Origin: Macrostomum hystrix
Lineage: Eukaryota; Animalia; Platyhelminthes
Assembly (NCBI GenBank): GCA_950097015.1
Contig: CATNEN010000038.1
Span: 31,000,001-31,064,000, forward strand
DNA length: 64,000 nucleotides
Reading direction: 5' to 3'
Shown here piece by piece: positions 21,302 to 34,829 of this stretch. How positions within the stretch are numbered: position 1 is the stretch's first letter; each line of letters starts with the position of its first letter. Under the pieces are notes generated by a model. The model did not search any database. It saw only the letters and a list, made by a program, of their open reading frames with translations, and was not told the DNA's origin. A program made the translations under genes and the position numbers.

Positions 21302-24300
21302 ATGGGTCGAGTGATTCGCTCCCAGCGCAAGGGTGCCGGCAGTGTGTTTCGGGCTCACACAAAGCGCAGAAAGGGTGCAGCCCGTCTAAGACCAATTGAC
21401 TTTGCCGAGCGCAATGGCTACATTAAGGGCGTTGTTCGCGACATTATTCACGATCCGGGTCGCGGCGCTCCCCTAGCCAAGGTGGCCTTTCGCGATCCCT
21501 ACAGGTACCGACAGGTTACGGAGACTTTTGTTGCCGCCGAGGGTGTCCACACTGGCCAGTTTATCTACTGCGGAAAGAAGGGTAAGGTCATTGTGCTTGT
21601 GCCTAGCCGGTTTCCTGGAGTCATTTTCGTAGACGTGTCATATATTTTTTCCTGGGATTGATAGGTAGACTAGATAACTCGTAGAAAAGGGGTTAGAAAC
21701 TTACTAGATCATTGTGGTAGATAGAGTGGTAGACCATAGACTATCATTGTGGTAGATAGAGTGGTAGACCATAGACTAGATCATTGTGGTAGATAGAGTG
21801 GTAGACCATAGACTAGATCATTGTGGTATATAGAGTGGTAGACCATAGACTATCATTGTGGTAGATAGAGTGGTAGACCATAGACTAGATCATTGTGGTA
21901 GATAGAGTGGTAGACCATAGACTAGATCATTGTGGTATATAGAGTGGTAGACCATAGACTATCATTGTGGTATATAGAGTGGTAGACCATAGACTAGATC
22001 ATTGTGGTAGATAGAGTGGTAGACCATAGACTAGATCATTGTGGTATATAGAGTGGTAGACCATAGACTATCATTGTGGTAGATAGAGTGGTAGACCATA
22101 GACTAGATCATTGTGGTAGATAGAGTGGTAGACCATAGACTAGATCATTGTGGTATATAGAGTGGTAGACCATAGACTATCATTGTGGTATATAGAGTGG
22201 TAGACCATAGACTATCATTGTGGTATATAGAGTGGTAGACCATAGACTATCATTGTGGTATATAGAGTGGTAGACCATAGACTATCATTGTGGTAGATAG
22301 AGTGGTAGACCATAGACTAGATCATTGTGGTATATAGAGTGGTAGACCATAGACTATCATTGTGGTATATAGAGTGGTAGACCATAGACTATCATTGTGG
22401 TAGATAGAGTGGTAGACCATAGACTAGATCATTGTGGTAGATAGAGTGGTAGACCATCGACTAGATCATTGTGGTATATAGAGTGGTAGACCATAGACTA
22501 TCATTGTGGTATATAGAGTGGTAGACCATAGACTATCATTGTGGTAGATAGAGTGGTAGACCATAGACTAGATCATTGTGGTAGATAGAGTGGTAGACCA
22601 TAGACTAGATCATTGTGGTATATAGAGTGGTAGACCATAGACTATCATTGTGGTAGATAGAGTGGTAGACCATAGACTAGATCATTGTGGTAGATAGAGT
22701 GGTAGACCATAGACTAGATCATTGTGGTATATAGAGTGGTAGACCATAGACTATCATTGTGGTATATAGAGTGGTAGACCATAGACTATCATTGTGGTAG
22801 ATAGAGTGGTAGACCATAGACTAGATCATTGTGGTAGATAGAGTGGTAGACCATAGACTAGATCATTGTGGTATATAGAGTGGTAGACCATAGACTATCA
22901 TTGTGGTAGATAGAGTGGTAGACCATAGACTAGATCATTGTGGTAGATAGAGTGGTAGACCATAGACTAGATCATTGTGGTATATAGAGTGGTAGACCAT
23001 AGACTATCATTGTGGTAGATAGAGTGGTAGACCATAGACTAGATCATTGTGGTATATAGAGTGGTAGACCATAGACTATCATTGTGGTATATAGAGTGGT
23101 AGACCATAGACTATCATTGTGGTATATAGAGTGGTAGACCATAGACTATCATTGTGGTATATAGAGTGGTAGACCATAGACTATCATTGTGGTAGATAGA
23201 GTGGTAGACCATAGACTAGATCATTGTGGTAGATAGAGTGGTAGACCATAGACTAGATCATTGTGGTAGATAGAGTGGTAGACCATAGACTAGATCATTG
23301 TGGTAGATAGAGTGGTAGACCATAGACTAGATCATTGTGGTAGATAGAGTGGTAGACCATAGACTATCATTGTGGTAGATAGAGTGGTAGACCAAAGATT
23401 AGATCATTGTGGCAGATAGAGGATTAGAACACTGACTAGATCATTGCAGTAGATCGAGAGTGAGACCATCGACTAGATCATTGTGACAAGATAGACAAGA
23501 AGACCCCAGAATATATTTAGACCTCCTAAAGGAGGCTAGACCTCTACGCAGCTCTCGCTGTCCGTCAAAAAGAAATGATGCTTACTATAATGCTACACTT
23601 TGATCCGAGCGGCCTCGCTGCGCCTGTCGCAGTTTGATCGGCCCTAGTGACGTTAAAGCTAAACAATTTTTATGCTAATAAACTAGTTTATTAAGCACTG
23701 ATAATATGACGGCGGAATATAAAATATGCGCGCTCATTATACTACTCATTTATCTGAAAAGTAGTGTGTAAATTAAAAATCTGTTCCACAGCCAAGCTGC
23801 AGGTGGGCAATATTCTACCGCTGAGCGCCATGCCAGAAGGTACTATCATCTGCTGCGTGGAAGAAAAGGCCGGCGACCGCGGCCGTCTGGCCAAGGCCTC
23901 CGGCAACTACGCCACACTGATTGCCCACAATCCGGATACAAAGCGATCGCGCATGAAGCTGCCCAGCGGTGCGAAAAAAATTGTGCCATCCGCCTGCCGA
24001 GCTATGGTTGGTGAGTAACGAGTCCGCGTTCGGTGTTTTTACTGTCTAGTCAATCGATCGATAAGACTAGTGTGAAACATGAAAACCCAAGACATGACCA
24101 TTCTGTACAATAACATAAACACATTTTACCACAACATGCTCAACATGTACCAAAACCTGCTCAGCATGTACCAAAACCTGCTCAGCATGTACCAAAACCT
24201 GCTCAGCATGTACCAAAAACCTGCTCAGCATGTACCAAAACCTGCTCAGCATGTACCAAAAACCTGCTCAGCATGTACCAAAACCTGCTCAGCATGTACC

Positions 24301-25050
24301 AAAATATGTTCTAACCTGTACCAAATCCTGTTCAGCATGTACCAAAACCTGTTCAGCATGTACCAAACCCGTTCAGCATGTACCAAAACCTGTTCAATCT
24401 GTACCAAAATATGTTCTAACCTGTACCAAAACCTATTCAGCATGTACCAAAACCCGCTCAGCATGTACCAAAACCTGTTCAATCTGTACCAAAATCTGTT
24501 CAGCATGTACCAAAACATAAGCACACTGTACCAAAACCGAGTTACCGAGGCCTGAACACATTGTACCAAAAAAGAAGCACCCAGTACCAAAACATGATAA
24601 ATTTGCACAAAAACCTGAGCACACTATACCAAAACCTGTTCAACCTGTGTAGCAAAACCTAGGAACCTGTACTAAGAGTTGAGAAGTCTTGCCGAATGTC
24701 CTAAGCATCCCGAAATGCCTAAAAGCACGAATCTGGAAGCCCTATTCCCTATATCCGCTCCCGCAGGCATCGTGGCCGGCGGCGGTCGCATCGACAAGCC
24801 GATTATGAAGGCCGGCCGAGCCTACTGGAAGTACAAGGTCAAGCGGAACTGCTGGCCCAGGGTGCGCGGTGTCTGCATGAACCCCGTGGACCATCCGTTC
24901 GGCGGTGGTAATCATCAGCACATCGGTAAGCCTAGCACCATTCGTAGAGACGCCAGCGCTGGTCGCAAGGTCGGCCTGATCGCCGCTAGACGCACCGGTC
25001 GCCTGCGCGGCACCAAGGTCATTGTGGAGAAGAAGAGCGATAAGGAATAG
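21302..25050 (+). CDS. RPL8: 60S ribosomal protein L8 (uL2); exons 21302-21581, 23792-24010, 24767-25050; 260 aa
   Basis: [55 protein letters not shown] phase-1 introns. AATAAA at 25139-25144. Confidence 0.97.
21700..23460. repeat. 35/39-bp minisatellite in RPL8 intron 1
   Basis: Tandem (TAGA)TCATTGTGGTAGATAGAGTGGTAGACCATAGAC with two length variants. Confidence 0.95.
23562..23712 (+). ncRNA. Candidate intronic box C/D guide RNA (scaRNA-like) for U2 snRNA 2'-O-methylation
   Basis: C box ATGATGC 23575-23581; guide ATGCTACACTTTGAT 23590-23604 followed by D' CCGA; C'-like GTGACGT ~23647; D box CTGA 23698-23701; terminal stem CCGTCA/TGACGG; D box 90 nt upstream of the 3' splice site. Confidence 0.75.
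24130..24660. repeat. ~21-bp minisatellite in RPL8 intron 2
   Basis: Tandem CATGTACCAAAACCTGCTCAG. Confidence 0.93.
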
Positions 25051-25304
25051 AGATGTGACTTTAATCAGTTATCAAATGGTTCGGGTTGTGCTGTTTTATG
25101 TTGTCTGTGCGACTCGCAAACACAGTTCTAGTAAGGAAAATAAACTGCAAACCGCAAAGTGCGCTTCTCGCCGTGTGTGTGTTTTATGAAATGCACACCT
25201 AAGCCATTGTGTCAGATTTGGGTGTTTTTGGATGCAAATTGGTTGCTGCTGTTTCACAATTTCTCGTTTTTTTCAAGTTAATTTATTGCATCAGCACTGT
25301 GAGT

Positions 25305-27750
25305 TTTATTGAGATTTCAGCTAGATTGTCAGTGAGATTTCAGCTAGATTATCAGTAACATTTCAGCGAGATTATCAGAGAGATTTCAGCTATATTGTCA
25401 GTGAGATTACAGCTAGATTATCAGTGAGATTTCAGCTAGATTATCAGTGAGATTTCAGCTAGATTATCAGTAATATTTCAGCTAGATTATCAGTGAGATT
25501 TCAGCTAGATTATCAGTGAGATTTCAGCTAGATTATCAGTAATATTTCAGCTAGATTATCAGTGAGATTTCAGCTAGATTATCATTGAGATTTCAGCTAG
25601 ATTATCAGTAACATTTCAGCGAGATTATCAGAGAGATTTCAGCTATATTGTCAGTGAGATTACAGCTAGATTATCAGTGAGATTTCAGCTAGATTATCAG
25701 TGAGATTTCAGCTAGATTATCAGTAATATTTCAGCTAGATTATCAGTGAGATTTCAGCTAGATTATCAGTGAGATTTCAGCTAGATTATCAGTAATATTT
25801 CAGCTAGATTATCAGTGAGATTTCAGCTAGATTATCATTGAGATTTCAGCTAGATTATCAGTAACATTTCAGCGAGATTATCAGAGAGATTTCAGCTATA
25901 TTGTCAGTGAGATTACAGCTAGATTATCAGTGAGATTTCAGCTAGATTATCAGTGAGATTTCAGCTAGATTATGAGTAACATTTCAGCGAGATTATCAGA
26001 GAGATTTCAGCTATATTGTCAGTGAGATTTCAGCTATATTGTCAGTGAGATTTCAGCTAGATTATCAATCAGATTACAGCTAGATTATCATTGAGATTAC
26101 AGCTAGATTATCAGTGAGATTACAGCTAGATTATCAGTGAGATTACAGCTAGATTATCAGTGAGATTACAGCTAGATTATCAGTGAGATTACAGCTAGAT
26201 TATCAGTGAGATTACAGCTAGATTATCAGTGAGATTACAGCTAGATTATCATTGAGATTACAGCTAGATTATCAGTGAGATTACAGCTAGATTATCATTG
26301 AGATTACAGCTAGATTATCAGTGAGATTACAGCTACCGGGTGGCCCATGCGTTTAAGGACAACCTTAAAAATAGAAGAAAGCAAAGCCAGCGGTAGCTAG
26401 AGCATAATAGTTTTGGTCATAGACAAAATAGTATCTATATAGTCTGTAGCTGCCGCGAAAATTTTCGGCAACTTAGCATTAGCCATGAATCGCGCTAAAC
26501 GTTTGATGGTGGTAGACCAGCTCGCGCGGGGTATAAGCCCAGCACAGGTACCAGCTGGAGTGAAAATCAACTCAGCCGAGTACATCCGCATGCTGCAGGA
26601 TCATGTACTGCCATGGATTCGACACAACTTTGCCCCAGGTACGTTTGTTTTTCAGCAGGACGGCGCTCCTGCCCACACGGCTGTCGCTACTCAAGAATTT
26701 CTTCGCCGGGAGCTCGGCGAGGACTTCTGGGATGCGACCACTTGGCCACCATCGAGTCCAGACTGTTCCCCTCTCGATTACTTTGTGTGGAACAACGTGG
26801 CCCGCGTTGCATGTTTAACAACTTATGCTACCGTGGAGACTCTCCAAGTTGCTGTTAGTGCTGCCTGGTCAGCTCAGGGCCCTGCCGTCATCAGAGGTGC
26901 CTGTACCAAGTTTCGGTCTCGCATTGAAGCCGTGTATGCAGCGGAGGGGGGCTACACTGAGTAAATGTTATTTTTAGTTGCCATCTAGACATTATGGCGG
27001 TCAGTTAAAATGTTAAAGTTTTCGTTTGTTGGTTGTTTTTATAATAAAAATGTATATACATTTTATTATTTTTAAGTTGTCCTTAAACGCATTGGCCACC
27101 CGGTAGATTATCAGTGAGATTACAGCTAGATTATCAGTGAGATTACAGCTAGATTATCAGTGAGATTACAGCTAGATTATCGGTGAGATTACAGCTAGAT
27201 TATCAGTGAGATTTCAACTGGAGTTGTAGTTAGATTATCAGTGAGATTACAGCTAGATTATCAGTGAGATTTCAACTGGATTTGTAGTTAGATTATCAGT
27301 GAGATTTCAACTGGAGTTGTAGTTAGATTATCAGTGACATTACAGCTAGATTATCAGTGAAATTACAGCTAGATTATCAGTGAGATTTCAACTGGAGTTG
27401 TAGTTAGATTATCAGTGAGATTACAGCTAGATTATCAGTGAGATTAAAGCTAGATTATCAGTGAGATTACAGCTAGATTATCAGTGAGATTAAAGCTAGA
27501 TTATCAGTAAGATTTCAACTGGAGTTGTAGTTAGATTATCAGTGAGACTACAGCTAGATTATCAGTGAGATTACAGCTAGATTATCAGTGAGATTAAAGC
27601 TAGATTATCAGTGAGATTACAGTAGATTGTCAGTGAGATTTCAGCTAGATTATCAGTGACATTTCAGCGAGATTACAGCTAGATTATCAGTGAGATTACA
27701 GCTAGATTGTCAGTGAGATTTCAGCTGGAGTTGTTATTCGATTATCAGAG
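25305..27750. repeat. 23-bp minisatellite interrupted by a transposon
   Basis: Tandem CAGTGAGATT(T/A)CAGCTAGATTAT. Confidence 0.95.
26336..27103 (+). mobile_element. Internally deleted Tc1/mariner-superfamily (maT-like) transposon; ORF 26485-26964
   Basis: 28-bp TIR CCGGGTGGCC(C/A)ATGCGTTTAAGGACAAC; TA TSD on both sides; motifs FQQDGAPAH and WPPSSPDCSPLDY. Confidence 0.95.
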
Positions 27751-28369
27751 ATTTAATTGAAGTGACACGGATAGTTTTGACTCGAAAATGGCATAACGAT
27801 GATTCAGCAAAAATTCTTTTTTTGCTCCACACCTAGGTGTTTTATAGTTCTCCTGATTCTTGAAGTGAAGTCAAAGGGTTTATTGAGGCCTGGGGGGCTG
27901 ATATATTAGCGTACAGCGAGTTGAATTGTTCATTCTTCTAATGCAGATAATGGCCTTCCATTGTTGGGTGTTGGCCATGGGTCTGTGCTACATACATGGC
28001 CCTGAGGCCTGCCATTCACGCACAAGTAAGTAGACTGTCAGTTTTCCATCTGACAGTTGCCAATCGATGCATAGTTTTTGACGTTTACCAACACATCCCG
28101 CCTTAATGACTTATTTCAATATCCCACTTTTGCGACATAATGGAGTCATTAAATTTATCGTTTTTCTATTTCCATCTAAACAACTTCAGGTCTGACTTTA
28201 TAGATTTCATGCGCGATAATGCAAAAGCTATTAATTGAGAATAGTTTCAGAGTATGAATCTTCAATTAATTTACTCCTACGGTTACTTTTTTTCACCGTG
28301 AAAGTCCTGAAATTTTGTTTGACTAACTTTCCAGTTGCTTTTGTTTATTTCCGTTTCCAAGATTCCAGG

Positions 28370-29960
28370 GCCTCATTATTTCAGTATCCATCATTCCAGA
28401 TGTTCAATATTTCAGTTTCCATCATTCCAGATGTTCCATATTTCAGTATCCATCATTCCAGATGTTCAATATTTCAGTTTCCATCATTCCAGATGTTTAA
28501 TATTTCAGTTTCCATGATTCCAGGGCCTCATTATTTCAGTTTCCATGATTCCAGATGTTCAATATTTCAGTATCCATCATTCCATATGTTCCATATTTCA
28601 GTATCCATCATTCCATATGTTCCATATTTCAATATCCATCATTCCAGATGTTCAATACTTCAGTATCCATCATTCCATATGTTCCATATTTTAGTATCCA
28701 TCATTCCATATGTTCCATATTTCAGTATCCATCATTCCATATGTTCCATATTTCAATATCCATCATTCCAGATGTTCAATACTTCAGTATCCATGATTCC
28801 AGATGTTCAATATTTCAGTTTCCATGATTCCAGATGTTCAATATTTCAGTATCCATCATTCCAGATGTTCAATATTTCAGGATCCATCGTTCCAGATGTT
28901 CAATATTTCAGTATCCATGATTCCAGATGTTCAATATTTCAGTATCCATCATTCCAGATGTTCAATATTTCAGGATCCATCATTCTAGATGTTCAATATT
29001 TCAGTAATTATCATTCTAGATGTTCAATATTTCAGTATCCATCATTCCAGATGTTCAATGTTTCAGGATCCATCATTCCATATCTCTAATATTTCAGTAT
29101 CCATCATTCCATATCTCCAATATTTCAGTATCCATCATTCCATATCTCTAATATTTCAGTATCCATCATTCCATATGTTCCATATTTTAATATCCATCAT
29201 TCCAGATGTTCAATACTTCAGTATCCATGATTCCAGATGTTCAATATTTCAGTCTCCATGATTCCAGATGTTCAATATTTCAGTATCCATCATTCCAGAT
29301 GTTCAATATTTCAGGATCCATCGTTCCAGATGTTCAATATTTCAGTATCCATGATTCCAGATGTTCAATATTTCAGTATCCATCATTCCAGATGTTCAAT
29401 ATTTCAGGATCCATCATTCTAGATGTTCAATATTTCAGTAATTATCATTCTAGATGTTCAATATTTCAGTATCCATCATTCCAGATGTTCAATGTTACAG
29501 TTGCCATCATTCCGTATCTCCAATATTTCAGTATCCATCATTCCAGATGTTCAATATTTCAGGATCCATCATTCCATATCTCTAATATTTCAGTATCCAT
29601 CATTCCATATCTCCAATATTTCAGTATCCATCATTCCATATCTCCAATATTTCAGTATCCATCATTCCATATCTCCAATATTTCAGTATCCATCATTCCA
29701 TATCTCCAATATTTCAGTATCCATCATTCCATATCTCCAATATTTCAGTATCCATCATTCCATATCTCTAATATTTCAGTATCCATCATTCCATATCTCT
29801 AATATTTCAGTATCCATCATTCCATATCACTAATATTTCAGTATCCATCATTCCATATGTCTAATATTTCAGTATCCATCATTCCATATCTCTAATATTT
29901 CAGTATCCATCATTCCATATCTCTAATATTTCAGTATCCATCATTCCATGTCTCCAATAT
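28370..29960. repeat. 31-bp minisatellite
   Basis: Tandem TTTCAGTATCCATCATTCCAGATGTTCAATA. Confidence 0.95.
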
Positions 29961-30849
29961 TTCAGTTTGAATCAGCATTCAGCATCATATGTCTGCTTCC
30001 AACCTTACCAGTGGAGAGTTAGTGCCATCACACAGTTCAATCACTTGCCTTTATTTGATAAAGATTTCTTTCAGCCAGCTGTTTATTAAAAATTTTTGGC
30101 CTACTCAACAGAAAATTGTCTGTCACACTTCTATGGGCCACTATGGCAATGTTGTTAATGACACATTGATAGTTTAAGTTAACAGTTTTGCCCTGAATTG
30201 TATACGAGGCCTGCAGATTGCTGGATTGACAATTCAGTTGCTGAGTGTCCACTTCACTCCTTGGGTATCGCTATCGACTGTATTGGAACTACAGCAATGA
30301 TTTGTATAAACTGAGAATCCACTGCTGCTTCTAGTGGACAGGCAGTATAAGTATTTACCTGTTTGTGTATCATTGTGGGGTATTGCGCCGTGTAGTTTTG
30401 TCTGTTTGAGTAGTGGGTGGGGTTGATTTGACGACTTGCATTTTGGCGCGCGCACACACACACACACCTGTCATCTGCAAATTGCAACATTGATAAGCCC
30501 CACAATAAAGAGTTGTAGGCGGCAGCTAATATTCATGAAACAATTGCGATAGATTTTATCTATAGGAGACGCGTATAATTTCGAGGTGGCAACCTATTGG
30601 AGCAATCAAAACGATTTGATTGAGCGCATTGTTGAAGCACACGTGACGATTTCTCAGAGTTACAAAAGTAATCGATTTAGGACCAGAAATTGTTGAATTA
30701 GTGTTGGTTGGGCTAGCGAGTTGCTTTGTATCTAATTGACTGCAATTAGTAGCAGCTCAAACTATATGACTCTGTCTAAAGAGTGACAGAAAGACAAACA
30801 TGCGAGAAGCAGACAGTAAGACATGAGACGGTAGACAAAAAGATGTTAA

Positions 30850-31165
30850 TAATAAAAATTACATGAGGGCTGCGGGCAGTGGCACATCATTTGGTGACAC
30901 TAGACTGGCAGCCAGTAAGGAGGCAATTCTGCCCATTTCGCTGACTCCTGAGCACACACTCGCACAGGTGTGTATTTCTGCCCTGCCTGTCTACTCGTCA
31001 GGCAGTGTACACTCTCACTGTGCCTTGGAGGTTGGCCCTCAATGGCGTAAATTGTACGACAAGCCCCCAAGCCTTCTCTCCAAATCAGTGTGGCCTCGCC
31101 GCGGAATCGAGCTCAGGGATCTTGGCGCGAGAAGCGAACGCGTTAGCCACTCTGCCACTCACCCC
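30850..31165 (-). mobile_element. tRNA-derived SINE, family 2
   Basis: Minus head GGGGTGAGTGGCAGAGTGGCTAACGCG...CTCGATTCC; body shared with copies at ~33575-33935 (+) and ~35855-36061 (-). Confidence 0.75.
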
Positions 31166-31319
31166 AGTTAGATTGAGAAGTAGATAATAAAATATGCAAG
31201 CATTAGACTTGAAGAGAATGAAGACACGATAGACCATTTCGAATTTGGCAACGGGAAAATTGGCTGAAATAACTGTAAACAGAAACTACTAAAATACTTG
31301 ATTCCTTTGACATTCTACG

Positions 31320-31375
31320 GACCAATCGGCTACCTAGTAGAACAGTAGCCAATCAGCGACGAGCTGTATTAAATG
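31320..31375 (+). promoter_or_regulatory. Putative Sox promoter: two CCAAT boxes and TATTAAA
   Basis: CCAATC at ~31322 and ~31349; TATTAAA ~31367, about 100 nt before the ATG. Confidence 0.5.
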
Positions 31376-31472
31376 CGCTTCTCATTCTAAGCGGATATAC
31401 GCTCGTATTGTCTTAAAATGATCCCAGATCCATTGGAGATAATAAAAAAACATCAAGCCGAATTTCTTAGCC

Positions 31473-32599
31473 ATGCAGAGAACCTACTCAAACTGCTCAG
31501 CGATGCAAATGATGGGAGAAATCCCATTGCCGACTGAGAAGAGTCAGCTCAACACCGAGACGCCAATCGAGGCGAAAGCCGATCCGTTGTCGGACGAGGC
31601 GAGTTCTTTGGCGGAGGCTCGCGTTAAGCGCCCGATGAACGCCTTCATGGTTTGGTCGCGCAGTCAGCGGCGCCTTCTGGCCAGAGCCAATCCGCGGCTG
31701 CACAACTCGGAGATCAGCAAACGCCTCGGCGTGCAGTGGCGACGCATGACCGACGATGAGAAGCGACCGTTTGTTGACGAGGCCAGGCGGCTGCGCGCCG
31801 ATCACATGCGGGCGCATCCGGGATACAAGTACAGGCCTAGGCGACGTCCGCGATGTTCGCCGGGTTCGGGTTCGGGGTCGGCAGACGCCGCCGCGATGGG
31901 GCCGGAGAAGGGGGGATATTTTTCGCCGGCTCTCTTTTTCCCGCCGCCAGGTGAGACCGAGAATTGGTGTCAGACACAGACACTAGAATTCTGAAATATC
32001 ACAAGCTGCACTTTATTATACAACTTCAATGCCAAGGGCATGCAAAATTAACGAAATTAAATAATTGATTTAAAATGCAATGCAGAGTTATGTGCCAATT
32101 GCTGAAGAATTACTAGTGCTCGTTGGGCACAAATTGTTCTGGAATCGAACCCCCGACCTTTAAGTCACGAGTTCGAAGCTCTAACCACTAGGATAAAACA
32201 GCTTTCATGTTGTGCTTTTATTACTGAAACTTAGGCCTGCAGCTGCCACTGATGTCGCAGTTCTTCGGTCTGCCACCACAGCCGGACTATCGCCTGCTCC
32301 GCGAAGGAGCCCCACAAACCAGCGCAGCCTTCTACCATTCACCACCGCTGCCGCCTCCATCTGTCACCATGGCAGCCGCGTCTAGTGCTCAATCGGATTT
32401 CAGCAGCGCCAGCAGTCTCTACAATCGCTACATCGCTGCAGCCGCAGCCGCCGCCGCCATGTCGGCCGCACTAGGCGCGCCACAGCTGCCGCCTCCACCG
32501 CCGCCGCCGCCACCACCACCACCGCCGCCACCGCCAATGCTGCCCCAGTTTTGTAGTCTGATATCGTCGATTGGACTTGGAACTAATCGTATTATGTGA
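31473..32599 (+). CDS. SoxB-group HMG-box transcription factor; exons 31473-31950 and 32235-32599; ~280 aa
   Basis: [14 protein letters not shown]...[10 protein letters not shown]...[11 protein letters not shown]|GTGAGA donor and TTAG acceptor in phase 1. Poly-Ala/poly-Pro C-terminus. Confidence 0.9.
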
Positions 32600-33574
32600 T
32601 ATATGTAGTTTTCTTAGCAAATTGATCTGCATGTAGCAGATTAAAGTCTCTGAAACCACAGTTTCAAAATTTTTGTATATTCCATTCTGGGCACAGTCCT
32701 GTCTGCTGTAGTCGTACTATTGACTATTGATGGATATGGTTTCACCCTCTACTTTTCTCACTGGGCCTCAGTGTACGTTCACTCTTCTCTCTTACCCCCT
32801 GCGATAGTGTACATTCATGCACCCTCACGAGACTTTATCAGCTCCAGCGTACACTCTCGTCTCCTTCCTGTCTATAACCTTGCTCCAGTTATCGATTTAA
32901 TTCAACCCCTTCTCTCCCGCCGGCACTAATGTACATTCATTCAATGTCTTGGTTTACACAAACCCACAAATTATCGTATCTACCCTTGGAGCGTTCAGTT
33001 GACAAAAAGCATATTATATTCTTTTCTCATTTAAATTTTAATAAACAGATCAATTTCAATTGATCTCTTTTTTTCTGAAATGTAATATTCAAAGCTTTAT
33101 CGATGACAAATTGCTAAATTTAAAAAAATCATTAAAATTGTCAAGCTAAACAAAGAAACAAATAAACTAATATAAACAGACTACTGTTAAAAAGCGGTTT
33201 TATTAGTTTTTGAATTCCAAATTTTCAATTTTGCTGTGCTAATTTGTACATTTCATGAAAAAGAAATAAAGATTAATCAATTTAATATATTTTATCCAAA
33301 AATGTAAATTACCGGTTTAGTCGTAATTCAGAAATTTGTAACTGTAAGTAACGTAATTAGAAATTAGTATGCTTTTTTCTTTTAAAATTGAACATACATA
33401 ACATACATGCTTACTCGTACTTGTATTTCATTCTGTTTCAAAATCTAACACACAATGTTTTCTTTAAAAAAGACGGGGCTTTAGTATCCCTAAGTCCACA
33501 CAGAAAATTGCAAGTAATGATTTCCATGATCAGTAAAGCAGTTTGTCAGTTTATATCTATCGTATCGCATTCGG

Positions 33575-33935
33575 GTAGTGATTGGCAGAGCTCTGGTCAA
33601 TTGGTCCATATGAGCTCGTCTCCGCGGTGGGGCCACATTCATTTGGGGCGCAGCAGCGGGGAGAAGGTGGGGTCTTGTCGTACAATTTACACCCTTAAGG
33701 GCCAATCTCCAAGGCACAGTGAGAGTGTACACTGCCTAACGATGAGAAAGTCTGGGCAGATGTACACCTGAGTGAGCATGTGCCTGCGTTTGGTGCCTGT
33801 ATTTGTGTGTGCTCAGGAGTCAGCGAAATGGGCAGAATTGCCTCCTCTCGCTGGCTGCGGATCTAGTGTCACCAAATGTCAAATGATGTGGTTTTGTCCG
33901 CAGCCCCCTGGCAATTATTATTTTTTCATTTTTTT
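33575..33935 (+). mobile_element. SINE family 2 copy (degenerate head)
   Basis: Shares GTCGTACAATTTAC, GTGAGAGTGTACACTGCC and GCTCAGGAGTCAGCGAAATGGGCAGAATTGCCTCC with the reverse complement of 30850-31165. Confidence 0.7.
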
Positions 33936-34829
33936 ATTTTCTTATCCAGTTGCTTTTTAAATAAAGTGGACTTTATTTTACAGAGTACCGAGCATTTTTG
34001 GTCGGCTGTGTGAACATCTCAACTTGAGTTACGCAACAGTTTAGTGATGGAACAAGTGAACTAACTTTATTTTAACTCTCATGGATGCACTAGATCACGA
34101 TTTTTTGTCAAATTTTCCATTTTACTTACATCATATCCTATTAATTCAGTATCCCAATTTCCTATAAACCTACATTCTCCCAATCCCATTTCTCTTATAC
34201 CTCAATTCACATCCCAACTAAAATTCAATTGTTTATTTACACAACCAAAATCTTGTCCAGCTACAGCTAGCACACGATTATTTTGTAACGGTACTTAGGT
34301 CCAGTCACACCTGGAATCCGTATTGTTATTGAGCCAGCAGATTTCACTTTTCAGTCAGTTAAACAAATCATCAGTTAAGGCTAATCCTGCGCAGAGGCCC
34401 TGAAGATGGGAGAGCTTTGTTATTTCAGACCTCATTATCAATCAGAACTGGTACAGTAGAAATTGATTCAACAGCAAATGCTTCATTGAAAGTTATAGTT
34501 TAAATTTGTACAACCAAAGCACACAGCATTATAACAAACTTTCAGCAGAAAAAAACATTTTAGATTATATTATGTGTCAGCCCACTTTGCAAATGCGATG
34601 TTTATACACGTGCAGAACTCCTTAAACCAGACTTAACCAAATTGCACTACCATAAATAAATGTTCAGTCATGCTTGCATTTTAGAAGCGTCAACAGCTGT
34701 TCAATTGAAGACACATGGGGCATAACCAGCATATTGCAGTTTAACTGCTGTTTTTTTATATAAACACTGTTTAGAGCACAATAGTGCACCTTCCTATGTA
34801 TTCTCCTCTCCTCTTTTTAGCACACCATC

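Noticed and set aside
28235-29833. ORFs up to 284 aa
   Set aside because: Translations of the 31-bp satellite.
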